This document shows positions 31,101-40,096 of a stretch of 64,000 bases of DNA, piece after piece. Made by a program: the position numbers and the translations under genes. Source of the stretch: Penicillus capitatus (lineage: Eukaryota; Plantae; Chlorophyta); contig OZ287723.1 in the NCBI GenBank assembly GCA_965649825.1, forward strand, positions 19,874 through 83,873. The letters run 5' to 3'. A model generated the notes under the pieces. The model worked only from the letters and a program-made list of their open reading frames with translations. It searched no databases and had not been told where the DNA came from. Numbering within the stretch: the first letter of the stretch is position 1; each line of letters opens with the position of its first letter.

Positions 31101-32479
31101 TTTTCAACATATATTTCACCTGAAGTTAAAGATAAAACAGTTTGTTCATTTTCGAATTCGAAATTATTTTCGTTTTCAAAAAAAGGAATTTCTGCCATTA
31201 ACTGTGTTTGAAGTATATCTTCACCTTCTTTGACATACAAAAGACTCCCATTTTGAAAATTAAATTTTATCTTTTTTTGTTGACTTTTTTTTATTTGAAA
31301 AGTTCCGTTATTTTTAGTCAAATAGGCTATTTTCCCTTGTTGTGTTCGAATTAAAAATCCAATACACGAAAATAAATACTTAATTTTTCCTGTACAAGGT
31401 GCGTATATTTTATCCAAAAGTACTCCAGTAAAAACTCCTCCTGTGTGAAATGTCCGCATTGTAAGTTGAGTTCCCGGTTCTCCAATAGATTGCGCTGCTA
31501 ATATACCCACAGCCTCACCTATAGATACTAATTGACCTTCCGCTAAATTCCAACCATAACAAAATTGACAAATAAATCGATTCGATTTACAAGTGAGAGG
31601 AGAACGAATTTGAACTTTTTGTCGAACTTCACAAATTTTTTGACTAACTTTTTTTGAAATTTCTTGGTTTTTTAAACCAATAATGACACATTTTGATGGA
31701 CAATAAATTTGTTCAGCTAAAATGCGACCGATTAAACGTTGTTTTAAAGATAATATTTTTTTCTGTTTATTATCATATAAATCTTCAATAATAATGCCAC
31801 GAGAATCATTACAATCAATTTGACTTACTATCACGTGGTGTGCAACATCAACCAATCTTCGAGTTAAATAACCTGAAGCTGCAGTACGTAACGCTGTATC
31901 AACAATTCCTTTTCGAGCTCCAGAACAAGAGATAAGATATTCTGTTAATGTTAAACCTTCTCGAAAATTACTACGTATTGGAAAATCAATAATTTGTCCT
32001 TGGGGATCAGCCATAAGTCCCCGCATACCAACAAGCTGACGTATTTGTGAGATGTTTCCTCGAGCCCCGGAAAAAGACATAAAATAAACTGGATTAAAAA
32101 AATCGAAAAATTTAAAAGATTCTAATACTTGATTTTTTAATTTTTCACTTGTACGATTCCAAATCTCTAAGGTACCCTGATAATGTTCAATTGCTGTTAA
32201 ATTTCCTATTACAAGATCGAAGTCAGTTTTGAAAATTTCATTTTCCGAAGCTAATAAAGTATATGATTTTGATTTCGGAATTCTCAAATCATCGATACTA
32301 ATTGAAAATCCGGCTTCTGTTGCAGAATGAAAACCGAGAAGTTTAATTTTTTCCAAAAATTTTAGAAGTCTATAATGTCCATGATGATTCTTTTTCAAAA
32401 ACCAATGAAGAAAGCTATTAAATCGTCGTTTATCAAAACACTGATTAAAAAAAATTACAGGAGTTAATTTATATTTCAT
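28181..32479 (-). CDS. rpoC2: RNA polymerase beta'' subunit
   Basis: SGARGN..QIRQL.GMRG, ARKGIVDTALRTAASGYLTRRLVDV, AAQSIGEPGTQLTMRTFHTGG, SFLSAASFQETT; large AT-rich insert. Confidence 0.95.
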   Translation of the reverse strand: MKYKLTPVIFFNQCFDKRRFNSFLHWFLKKNHHGHYRLLKFLEKIKLLGFHSATEAGFSISIDDLRIPKSKSYTLLASENEIFKTDFDLVIGNLTAIEHYQGTLEIWNRTSEKLKNQVLESFKFFDFFNPVYFMSFSGARGNISQIRQLVGMRGLMADPQGQIIDFPIRSNFREGLTLTEYLISCSGARKGIVDTALRTAASGYLTRRLVDVAHHVIVSQIDCNDSRGIIIEDLYDNKQKKILSLKQRLIGRILAEQIYCPSKCVIIGLKNQEISKKVSQKICEVRQKVQIRSPLTCKSNRFICQFCYGWNLAEGQLVSIGEAVGILAAQSIGEPGTQLTMRTFHTGGVFTGVLLDKIYAPCTGKIKYLFSCIGFLIRTQQGKIAYLTKNNGTFQIKKSQQKKIKFNFQNGSLLYVKEGEDILQTQLMAEIPFFENENNFEFENEQTVLSLTSGEIYVENFVLFEKTKFDFLKRKQTNCLQGINKFWILSAQFLSIWKKQRNCFFQELDLTDKSIPFRQIVLSHPNKYFVKQVSEVPIFFKNLGYLSTRPILNAKFLTTRFTFREIINFPQLWNMPPITLWEKITKYLINTSYHVFSIFSFQIQHKHKKINQNLFIFFINRQGIYKYRTKTIYSTTNSNRTFQLNKENFLNSVFPKNFLKNFCSNCIRQNFQVKPRILHWKNISTSQYIFAAIFLRKIFPHQYKYYFCKFQKKQNQLKIGDNVYIRILLYFRKNRRWFRKRKENKKLSSNIIQEKWCFFGHKSETGSSTYLKNFIQKKKKKNLPLRNKDFIIFPSLKNFSNVKQENIFILEKILPHSIISQRNLIKVDLTKIQQKTINFYLNTYCFLLKNFSFLKNFKIRFLNRKPQKPVQKFMNFRKNIQKKKNSRKLSVKRNKNIYNFLKIQTNKYNEQVESISKKSLIFQKNQISKNFQKYKIRYLKSLIPKKKQYSKLFKKNFNRTFFLFVSSSKCWTFMINNRNYLYSINKKQTTVGGPATKFFKISKNLRFSLFNKIKIILNDWKYLKKINQKKSKKKFFPFLKFQIPYFSNKNKFELLNIRPISFHLFSYYSPKFQLLSEKNKSLFSKIKNINLKIIQKKFFYSFENPIFIRLFSFFTNSEILNPLVKIQKHNFLFTNIENYFSCKFLPLQKKKIKLFLINNFQNRKKLCLCLLGKKFSEIDNFQQMLGSFFGRDELTTNYEGLLVAKTYNTLLFRKTTNYLLSDQSILYIYHGEIIYKNQPLYSIFFNQAKTGDIVQGIPKIEEVFEARKKSKYNFQEFLKKISKREMKKQLENFQGLQELQASVINNIQRIYCGQGIHISDKHIEIIVRQMTSNVLILEPGETGLLHGEIVAFEWVHRMNNLNYSSNQIKYEPILLGMTKTCLETSSFLSAASFQETTRILGRAAIQNQTDFLRGLKQNVILGKLVPIGTGYF

Positions 32480-35175
32480 AATAAATTTTGATAAAATTTC
32501 AATTGACCATAAGTAGTTCTTATTTTTCTTAATATTTCAGCTCCACTAAAATGGTATTGTTGACATAATTCATGTCGGAATTTTTGAAAATTTCCATCGG
32601 AATTCAAACGAATTTCAATTAATTTTTGTATTTTTTTTTCTGTTTCATATCCACTTATATAAGGGTTTAAGCTGCACCAAACAAAATTTTGATTAGTAAT
32701 ACGAGGTAAATTCTTAGAAAAATAAATTAAAGCAATATTTGATAATAAAATATCTCGAGTTTGTTTGGAAAACATTTTTTTAGATGTTGTAGAAAAAAAA
32801 GGTTTTTTAAAAAGAAGATTTTTTAAAAATTCAAATGAAACTTTTTCAGTCCATATTCTGCGAATATTTTTAATTGTTAAAAATGAACTTCCTAAAATCA
32901 TATCTTGACTTGGAGAACATGTTGGTGCATGAGTCGCAATCGAAAAAAGATTATTTTGGGACCAATTTATTTTCCAAGCTTCTGCTTGTGCTTGAAAAGA
33001 TAAAGGGATATGAACACCCATTTGATCACCATCAAAATCGGCATTAAAAGCAGCACACACTAATGGATGTAATAAAATCGCTTTACCGTCAATTAATTTT
33101 GGCTTAAATGTTTGAATACTTAAACGATGGAGGGTTGGTGCTCTATTTAATAATATTGGATGACTTTGAACAATTTCTTTAAGCAAATTATAAATAAATT
33201 TTGTTTTTTTATTTAATAATTTTTTTGCTCCTACAATTGTTTTTGCTTGCTTTTTTAACATTAAAACTTTGAGTAAAAACGGCTGAAATAACTCAAATGC
33301 AATTTCTTCTGGTAAACCACATTCATATATTTTTAGCGACGGACCTACAACAATAACAGATCTTCCAGAATAATCGACACGTTTACCTAATAAATTTTGT
33401 CTAAAACGCCCTTTTTTACCTTTAAATAAATCCGATAAAGATTTTAAGTCAGCATTTTTTTTCCCAAAGATATCAATATCGTTATCAGCATCAGCATCAG
33501 CATCAGCATCAGCATCAATATCAGTATTAGTAAAAACGTCAGTATTCGAATCAACGCTAACATTAATGTTTTGGTTTGAATTTTTATTTTTTGTATTAAG
33601 TTTTATATTAGTTTCTGCAGTTTCTGTAGTTTCCGCAGTTTCTGTAGTTTCCGCAGTTTCTGTAGTTTCCGCAGTTTCTGTAGTTTCCGCAGTTTCTGTA
33701 GTTTCCGCAGTTTCTGTAGTTTCCGCAGTTTCTGTAGTTTCCGCAGTTTCTGTAGTTTCTGCAGTTTCTGCAGTAATTTCATTATCAATTAAAGAATTAA
33801 TCGACTCTTGTAATAATCTTTGTGAATATTGTATAGCTTCTGAATTCAAACAATGAAAATTTGAATCAAATTTTATTATATATAAAAGCCTTTTATTTCT
33901 AAAAATAACGTTTTGATAAAGTTTATTCAAATCTGATACAGCAAGTTCATTCTTACTATCAATAAGATTTTTATTACTTTTGTTTAACATTACTATAGGA
34001 CGTAAATTAGGTGGTAAAACTGGAAATACACTTAAAATCATAGAAGCTGGGTTTGTTTGATTATATCGAAAAGATCTTAAATATTTTAAACGACGATAAA
34101 GGTGAATTTTATATAAAAATAATTCAAAAGAGGGTTTGAAATATCTTAATTTAAATAAGTCAAATTGAATTTGAATCTCTAGTAATTTTTCATCACTATA
34201 ATTATATTGTATTAATTGAGTAAGCCATGTTCGCATTATTTGAGCTCCTGTTAAACAAAATAATTGAGATTCAGATTTCCATAAATGCACAATTCCTGGA
34301 GGGCCTAGATAAAATTTTTTCAACCGATCTTTTTTTTGTGGAAATTTTACAAAAAAAAAAACGAAAGAAAGCCATTCGGGAATAGTGTGCCAACTGAACA
34401 TTTTCGAAATTACGCTAAAACCAAAAAAAAGAGCAGAATCTTTTAGACCACCATTTTTCCAAATAGATTTTTTGTATATTTTTTTTAGAGGTTGCATTTG
34501 AACATCATATTGGATTTGCCAATTAAATAATAAATACTCAATTTGATGTTCTTCTTGTTTTTCAAAATTCCAAAATTTTGAAAATCTCCGAAATTTCAAG
34601 TTAAAATTTAAAATATCTGAAGAAGCAAAAGTAGTACGACGCAATAAAAGTGGTTTAAAATCCTTCTCACAAGGCGATAATGGGAGCAAAAAAGGTCTAA
34701 GTTCTTTCTTTATCTTTAGATTAAAGGGCAAAGGTTTGAGTTCTTTTGGAAAAATTGTCCGTGAAATATTTTGAGTACAATAAAGCAAAGATTCAATTTT
34801 TTTTTTTGGCAAATTTAAAAACAAAGAAAAATAGTTGCCCTTTAAAAACCAAGTATGTGCAACAGCGGAAATAAATTGAATATAACCCAAACGATACCGT
34901 CGAACACGTGATGAAATGTACTCCACTTCACATTGAGGACAAAATTTATGTCCTCGTTGTGAACTGATTCCACATGCACAAATATAATCATTAACTGGCC
35001 CGAAAATACGTTCACAAAACAGTCCATCTTTTTCGGGTTTTAGTGTTTGATAATTAATTGTTTTCGAACTTGATATTTGACCATTAATTATTTTTCCATT
35101 TGATAAATATCGTCGAGCCCATTTTCTTATCATTTCACTTGTTGCTAAACGTAAACGAATTGCTTTGAATTTCAT
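32476..35175 (-). CDS. rpoC1: RNA polymerase beta' subunit
   Basis: KPEKDGLFCERIFGP, zinc finger, GRFRQNLLGKRVDYSGRS, catalytic NADFDGDQM. Confidence 0.97.
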   Translation of the reverse strand: MKFKAIRLRLATSEMIRKWARRYLSNGKIINGQISSSKTINYQTLKPEKDGLFCERIFGPVNDYICACGISSQRGHKFCPQCEVEYISSRVRRYRLGYIQFISAVAHTWFLKGNYFSLFLNLPKKKIESLLYCTQNISRTIFPKELKPLPFNLKIKKELRPFLLPLSPCEKDFKPLLLRRTTFASSDILNFNLKFRRFSKFWNFEKQEEHQIEYLLFNWQIQYDVQMQPLKKIYKKSIWKNGGLKDSALFFGFSVISKMFSWHTIPEWLSFVFFFVKFPQKKDRLKKFYLGPPGIVHLWKSESQLFCLTGAQIMRTWLTQLIQYNYSDEKLLEIQIQFDLFKLRYFKPSFELFLYKIHLYRRLKYLRSFRYNQTNPASMILSVFPVLPPNLRPIVMLNKSNKNLIDSKNELAVSDLNKLYQNVIFRNKRLLYIIKFDSNFHCLNSEAIQYSQRLLQESINSLIDNEITAETAETTETAETTETAETTETAETTETAETTETAETTETAETTETAETTETAETNIKLNTKNKNSNQNINVSVDSNTDVFTNTDIDADADADADADNDIDIFGKKNADLKSLSDLFKGKKGRFRQNLLGKRVDYSGRSVIVVGPSLKIYECGLPEEIAFELFQPFLLKVLMLKKQAKTIVGAKKLLNKKTKFIYNLLKEIVQSHPILLNRAPTLHRLSIQTFKPKLIDGKAILLHPLVCAAFNADFDGDQMGVHIPLSFQAQAEAWKINWSQNNLFSIATHAPTCSPSQDMILGSSFLTIKNIRRIWTEKVSFEFLKNLLFKKPFFSTTSKKMFSKQTRDILLSNIALIYFSKNLPRITNQNFVWCSLNPYISGYETEKKIQKLIEIRLNSDGNFQKFRHELCQQYHFSGAEILRKIRTTYGQLKFYQNLL
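33484..33516 (-). repeat. 6-nt in-frame microsatellite (GATGCT)n encoding DADADA in rpoC1
   Basis: ATCAGC x5 plus ATC on the + strand. Confidence 0.9.
33611..33772 (-). repeat. 18 x 9-nt in-frame repeat encoding (A/T)ET in rpoC1
   Basis: Alternating GTTTCCGCA/GTTTCTGTA units (18-nt higher order), 162 nt. Confidence 0.97.
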
Positions 35176-35186
35176 AAATAAAATTT

Positions 35187-35582
35187 TTAACGTTTCGAGT
35201 ATTGTGGTGCTTTGCGTGCTTTCTTTAAACCATATTTTCGACGCTCTTTAACTCGTGAATCTTGTGTAAGCAAATTTTTTTTTTTTAAAATATTCATTGA
35301 AATTTCCATTTGGTAGAATGTTCGAGCTAGAGCTAAACAAATTGCTTTTTTTTGACCCGTATTTCCTCCACCGAAAATTTGAATTTTTATATTCAAAGGA
35401 TAAGGAGGTATATCATCGAAAGTTAAGAATTGCCGAATACTATCAATCGCATTTTTATCATTTTGAAAATAATTAGAAACAGTTTTATTATTAATAATAA
35501 TTGTTGTTGTTTCTATTTCTGTTTTTGTAATAAAAACTTTTGCTATTGCTGATTTATGACGACCTATTCCATAATATTTCAT
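35187..35582 (-). CDS. rps9: 30S ribosomal protein S9
   Basis: [12 protein letters not shown]; [28 protein letters not shown]. Confidence 0.97.
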   Translation of the reverse strand: MKYYGIGRHKSAIAKVFITKTEIETTTIIINNKTVSNYFQNDKNAIDSIRQFLTFDDIPPYPLNIKIQIFGGGNTGQKKAICLALARTFYQMEISMNILKKKNLLTQDSRVKERRKYGLKKARKAPQYSKR

Positions 35583-35624
35583 AGTTTTTTTTAAACAAAA
35601 TTCATAAAAAATTTTATAAGCTTC

Positions 35625-35698
35625 AGCCTATTACTAGAATTGAACTAGTAACCTCCCGCGTATGAAACGGATACTCTTACCAATTGAGCTAAATAGGC
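35625..35698 (-). tRNA. trnM: elongator tRNA-Met(CAU)
   Basis: GCCTATTTAGCTCAATTGG start, TTCATAC loop, resembles plastid trnMe. Confidence 0.9.
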
Positions 35699-35714
35699 CT
35701 CTTATTTGCTTTTT

Positions 35715-35801
35715 TGTTGCTACCCGGACTTGAACCGGGATTGACGTAGAACGTCAGCAGACCCCTCAAGCCTGTGTGTCTACCTATTTCACCATAACAA
35801 C
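35715..35801 (-). tRNA. trnL: tRNA-Leu(GAG)
   Basis: Anticodon arm CAGGC-TTGAGGG-GTCTG, long variable arm. Confidence 0.88.
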
Positions 35802-35977
35802 AAAAAGATTTTTTAGAACAAGTTTTTTTGACGAGACAAAATTTTTTGAACATTAGAAAAAGCTTTTTTTTTCCAAAAAGTTTTACGAGACCGAGACTTA
35901 GATTTTGAAATACGTTTTTTTGGTACAGACATATTTTTTTACTCTAACAAATTGAATAAAAAAAAGCAAATATAATT

Positions 35978-36274
35978 TTAACCAAAAAGAATTTTTCCTC
36001 TGTATTTTCGTAAATAAAATAATTTTGAACGATTACTTGGATTTATTTTTAAAATTTTTAAACTTTGGATTTGTGGACTATTCCAAGCAAAAAAGCGTTC
36101 TACACTATATAGTCCAGGTTTCCGAAGAACAATATTTTTATTCGAAAACGAACCTCGAATAGCTATAACAATACCTTCAAAAAATTGAATACGTTTCTTC
36201 TCACCTTCTTGGAAACAAAAACCTACTTGAATAAAATCTCCGACTGAAAATCCTAATTTTTGTTTATTATTCAT
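35978..36274 (-). CDS. rpl19: 50S ribosomal protein L19
   Basis: VGD.I.V...EGEKKRIQFFEGIVIAIRG; VERFF..NSPQI; RSKLFYLR. Confidence 0.93.
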   Translation of the reverse strand: MNNKQKLGFSVGDFIQVGFCFQEGEKKRIQFFEGIVIAIRGSFSNKNIVLRKPGLYSVERFFAWNSPQIQSLKILKINPSNRSKLFYLRKYRGKILFG

Positions 36275-36327
36275 ATTTTAAACAATATAGCTCACTTTAA
36301 CAAAAATATAAAGTGAGCTATCAAAAA

Positions 36328-37284
36328 TTAATCAAGAATTTCGGAAACAATACCAGCACCAACAGTACGGCCACCTTCGCGAATAGCAAAACGCATTCCA
36401 TTTTCAATTGCAATCGGTTGAATAAGTTCAACGATTATTTGAACTCTATCACCCGGCATAACCATACGCATTTTACTATTATCATCAGTTTGAAAAGATT
36501 CAATTTTACCTGTAACATCTGTCGTTCGGACATAAAATTGTGGTCTATAACCAGCAACAAAAGAAGTATGACGGCCTCCTTCACTTTTTTTTAAAATATA
36601 AACTTGCGCCTTAAATTTAAGATGAGGTGTTATTGAACCTGGTTTAGCTAAAACCATACCTCGTTCAACTTCATTTTTTTGTACCCCCCTTAACAAAACG
36701 CCAACATTATCTCCAGCAACACTTTCATCTAAGGTTTTTTGAAACATTTCAAGTCCGATAACAGTTGTTTCTTTCGTATTTTTAAGTCCAATAATTTCAA
36801 CAGATTCTCCTACTTTAATTTGTCCACGTTCCACACGACCTGTAGCAACTGTTCCACGGCCTGTAATTGATACTATATTTTCAATGGCCATTAAAAAATC
36901 TTTTTCAATATTTCTTTGGGGCAGTGGGATTGCTTCATCAACACAATCCATTAACGCATGAATGCGGTCAACCCACTCATTATCACCGCGTTGAATTTGG
37001 GGGTTCGTTGTAAGTGCTTCTACAGCTTCTAAAGCAGATCCTTTAATGATTAATATAGAATCTCCGGGAAAATCATAACGATCTAATGTTTCTCGAATTT
37101 CTAATTCGACAAGTTCTAACAATTCTACATCATCAACTTGATCAATTTTATTTAAAAAAACAACAATAGCCGGAACTCCAACTTGTTGAGCTAATAAAAT
37201 ATGTTCTTTAGTTTGAGGCATTGGACCATCAGCCCCGGAAACCACTAAAATAGCGCCATCCATTTGAGCGGCACCCGTAATCAT
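36328..37284 (-). CDS. tufA: elongation factor Tu, exon 2
   Basis: Begins [16 protein letters not shown], continuing exon 1 (...HADYVKN) in phase 0; ends [14 protein letters not shown]. Confidence 0.97.
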   Translation of the reverse strand: MITGAAQMDGAILVVSGADGPMPQTKEHILLAQQVGVPAIVVFLNKIDQVDDVELLELVELEIRETLDRYDFPGDSILIIKGSALEAVEALTTNPQIQRGDNEWVDRIHALMDCVDEAIPLPQRNIEKDFLMAIENIVSITGRGTVATGRVERGQIKVGESVEIIGLKNTKETTVIGLEMFQKTLDESVAGDNVGVLLRGVQKNEVERGMVLAKPGSITPHLKFKAQVYILKKSEGGRHTSFVAGYRPQFYVRTTDVTGKIESFQTDDNSKMRMVMPGDRVQIIVELIQPIAIENGMRFAIREGGRTVGAGIVSEILD

Positions 37285-39099
37285 ATGAAAGTAGGGATTC
37301 AACAATTCCCTCTTCTACCTAACCGTACACGATAATTTCTTATCATACGGCTATTTGTATCTTTCGAAAATTGGTTGTTAATTCTTTAATTGAAGGAAAA
37401 GAGATTTTTTGATTTGTGAATTTATTTATAGTTAAATCTTTATCATATTTGTGAAAAATTTGTTTCATTGTCCGTTGTTTATACTTCATACATAATGTTT
37501 TTACACAAGATGTTTTAATAATATAATAAATCCAATATAATTGTTTTCGAGTATTTAGATGAAAATAATAATAATTAAAAATTTTTTGAAGAAATTTATT
37601 ATAAAATAAAACAATTTGAAAATCGGAAAATTTTATCCATATATTTTTTTGCAAAGATTTATTTTTGTATAAAAAGTCATGATTCTTTAGGTGATTCTTT
37701 ATTTTATTTTTATCTACAGTTATTCTTAATTTATGTTTTCGAAAATATAAAATAAATCCTAAAAAATATATACTTTGTTTTTTAAATTTTTTAATGAAAA
37801 TTTTTTGAGGTTTTATTTGTAATTTCGTTATTAGCCAAGTTTTGATTTTATTTCGAATTAAAACCATAAACGTATAAGTTCCATATAAAATAATAATAAA
37901 TTCATTTATATATCGAATATAAAATATTTTTTTATATTGTTGTTGAAATTTTTGAATTTCTTTTTTGATATACAAGTCAAATTTCGAAAGATAAATACTA
38001 AATAAGATTGAAATATATGCTTTCGAAACAAATTTTTGATTGTAAAATTGTGAAATGAGACTAATAAACTTTTTATCTTTAATATTTTGTTTTAGATATT
38101 TTAAAACAAAATGAATTTTTAAGTCATAAGAATTCAATTTCACTTCAAGACCAAAATTCCAATTTGAATAGGATAGTTTTATTTTTTGTAAAACATCATG
38201 AGGGGTATTTTGAAAATTATAAATTTTATTTAAAATTAGTCGCAAACATTCTTGAACAATTAAATCATCAAAACAAACTTTTTTTCTCAAAAATATTGGT
38301 TTATAAATCTGATTTTTTAAGGAATCGTGTAAATTGATTAATTGTACTAAAGAATAACTTTCAATAGATTGTGAAATAATTTTGGAACAAAAATCAAATT
38401 TTTTCGAATTTCGAAATATTATTAAAAAACCAAAAAAAAGTATTTGTGGATAAGTGATTTGTTGAAAAAGACTATTGAAAAAATATTTTTTCGAACAATT
38501 TACTACAATACATTTATTTTTTAAGATTGGTTGAATATATTCAACTAGCCAAAATTTTTCACGATTGGTTAATGTTAAATTTTTAACAAGATCTCGAGAA
38601 GTCTTATTTAAAATAAATTTTAATTTCATTATCTCATAGGTTTGATTGAATAACTAACCGAAAAAGATACAGTGCTTTTTATTATTTGGAAAAAACCAAT
38701 TTTTTAGCCTTCTTCTCGCATACTTAATTAGTTTAGCGAGTATATAAAAGTCTTCGAATACATATTCTTATTCTTATCTAATATAAGGAGTTTGTCCGTT
38801 TAAACCCATTGAGATATCCTGTTAAAGTTCATAAAAATATAATGAACCTTATATCTAAACCTATTTCGTTGACATCTACACTATTTATTTTAGTATTTAG
38901 ATTTTCTACGTTTTAAAACAGAAAGATACAACTATTAGAAGATAGTTTTCTTATCCTATAATTAGATACTTTTTCGACTCCATGCTCTGTTTCCCTTACA
39001 CTTTCGTGAAAAAATCGTTTTAATTTTTAGGTAAGAAGTGAAAATTTAATATATACAGGAAATATTATGAGTATATGAATTCTAATGCTTTTATCGCAC
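37285..39099 (-). mobile_element. group II intron in tufA (1,815 nt) with ORF
   Basis: 5' GTGCGA; domain V AGCCGTATGATAAGAAATTATCGTGTACGGTT; domain VI GAAGAGGGA...TCCCT(A)CTTTC; ends AT with bulged A at -8. Confidence 0.95.
37343..38629 (-). CDS. group II intron-encoded maturase (RT-degenerate)
   Basis: FDDLIVQECLRLILNKIY (RT2), DKKFISLI (RT3), RYINEFII in place of RYADD, FLGF (RT7), domain X YIIKTSCVKTLCMKYK; stop codon lies in domain V. Confidence 0.88.
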   Translation of the reverse strand: MKLKFILNKTSRDLVKNLTLTNREKFWLVEYIQPILKNKCIVVNCSKKYFFNSLFQQITYPQILFFGFLIIFRNSKKFDFCSKIISQSIESYSLVQLINLHDSLKNQIYKPIFLRKKVCFDDLIVQECLRLILNKIYNFQNTPHDVLQKIKLSYSNWNFGLEVKLNSYDLKIHFVLKYLKQNIKDKKFISLISQFYNQKFVSKAYISILFSIYLSKFDLYIKKEIQKFQQQYKKIFYIRYINEFIIILYGTYTFMVLIRNKIKTWLITKLQIKPQKIFIKKFKKQSIYFLGFILYFRKHKLRITVDKNKIKNHLKNHDFLYKNKSLQKNIWIKFSDFQIVLFYNKFLQKIFNYYYFHLNTRKQLYWIYYIIKTSCVKTLCMKYKQRTMKQIFHKYDKDLTINKFTNQKISFPSIKELTTNFRKIQIAV

Positions 39100-39372
39100 A
39101 TTTTTGACGTAATCTGCGTGTCCCGGACAATCTACATGAGCATAATGACGCTTTTCAGTTTCATATTCTACATGAGCAGTATTTATTGTAATACCGCGAG
39201 CTTTTTCTTCTGGAGCAGAATCTATATCGTTATAACTCTTTGCTTTTGCTGCTCCCGAAGCTGCTAATGTCATTGTAATAGCTGCAGTTAATGTAGTTTT
39301 ACCGTGATCGACATGTCCAATTGTACCTATATTGACATGTGGTTTTGTTCGTTCAAATTTTTCTCTTGCCAT
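39100..39372 (-). CDS. tufA: elongation factor Tu, exon 1 (91 codons)
   Basis: [27 protein letters not shown]...[11 protein letters not shown]. Confidence 0.98.
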
Positions 39373-39464
39373 AAAATATAAGATATAAGATATAAAAAAA
39401 TGTATAAATTCACGAATTAAAGTTCTATAATTGACAACGACATGGTAAATTGAATTTTAAATTT

Positions 39465-39537
39465 AGCCTGCTACCGGAATTGAACCGATAACCCTCGGTT
39501 TACAAGACCGATGCTCTACCAATTGAGCTAAGCAGGC
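39465..39537 (-). tRNA. trnT: tRNA-Thr(UGU)
   Basis: TCGGT-CTTGTAA-ACCGA anticodon arm. Confidence 0.93.
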
Positions 39538-39607
39538 CTTTTTTTTTTTTCAACGAATTTTGTCTTGAGAAACAAATTTTTCTAAAATGAAAATGAATTA
39601 AAGAATT

Positions 39608-39679
39608 TGGGATATCGCCAAGTGGTAAGGCTGTGGGTTTTGGTCCCGCTATTCGGAGGTTCGAATCCTTCTATCCCAG
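39608..39679 (+). tRNA. trnQ: tRNA-Gln(UUG)
   Basis: TGGGATATCGCCAAGTGG start, TTG anticodon. Confidence 0.93.
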
Positions 39680-39686
39680 AATTTTC

Positions 39687-39771
39687 GCCTTGATGGTGGA
39701 ATGGTAGACACAATTGATTCAAAATCAATCACTTTATTTTAAGTATGGAGGTTCAAATCCTCTTCAAGGCA
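39687..39771 (+). tRNA. trnL: tRNA-Leu(CAA)
   Basis: ATTGA-TTCAAAA-TCAAT anticodon arm, long variable arm. Confidence 0.9.
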
Positions 39772-39773
39772 TG

Positions 39774-39847
39774 GCCAGGATAGCTCAGTTGGTTAGAGTA
39801 ATGGTCTGAAAAACCATTGGCCGCCAGTTCAAATCTGGTTCCTGGCA
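39774..39847 (+). tRNA. trnF: tRNA-Phe(GAA)
   Basis: GCCAGGATAGCTCAG start, ATGGT-CTGAAAA-ACCAT. Confidence 0.93.
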
Positions 39848-39851
39848 GCTA

Positions 39852-39932
39852 GCTCTTGTGGCGAAATAGGTAGACGTATTAGTTTTAGAAGCTAATGTCT
39901 TTGACGTATGGGTTCGAGTCCCATCGAGAGCA
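39852..39932 (+). tRNA. trnL: tRNA-Leu(UAG)
   Basis: TTAGT-TTTAGAA-GCTAA anticodon arm. Confidence 0.9.
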
Positions 39933-39960
39933 TAATATTACATAAAAATTAATCACAAAA

Positions 39961-40032
39961 ACCCCCGGGGGAATTCGAATCCCCGTTTCCTCCGTGAAAG
40001 GGAGATGTCCTTGGCCTCTAGACGACGGGGGC
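39961..40032 (-). tRNA. trnE: tRNA-Glu(UUC)
   Basis: GCCCCCGTCGTCTAGAGG start, TTC anticodon. Confidence 0.94.
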
Positions 40033-40096
40033 AGCAGCGTAACTAATATTAAGAAGCTACGCATATAGCATATATATAATAAATATTTTTTTTATG

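Noticed and set aside
33566-33856. 96-aa (+) and 61-aa (-) ORFs over the rpoC1 repeat; likewise the 71-aa antisense ORF at 50116-50331
   Set aside because: Stop-free by-products of triplet-period repeats.
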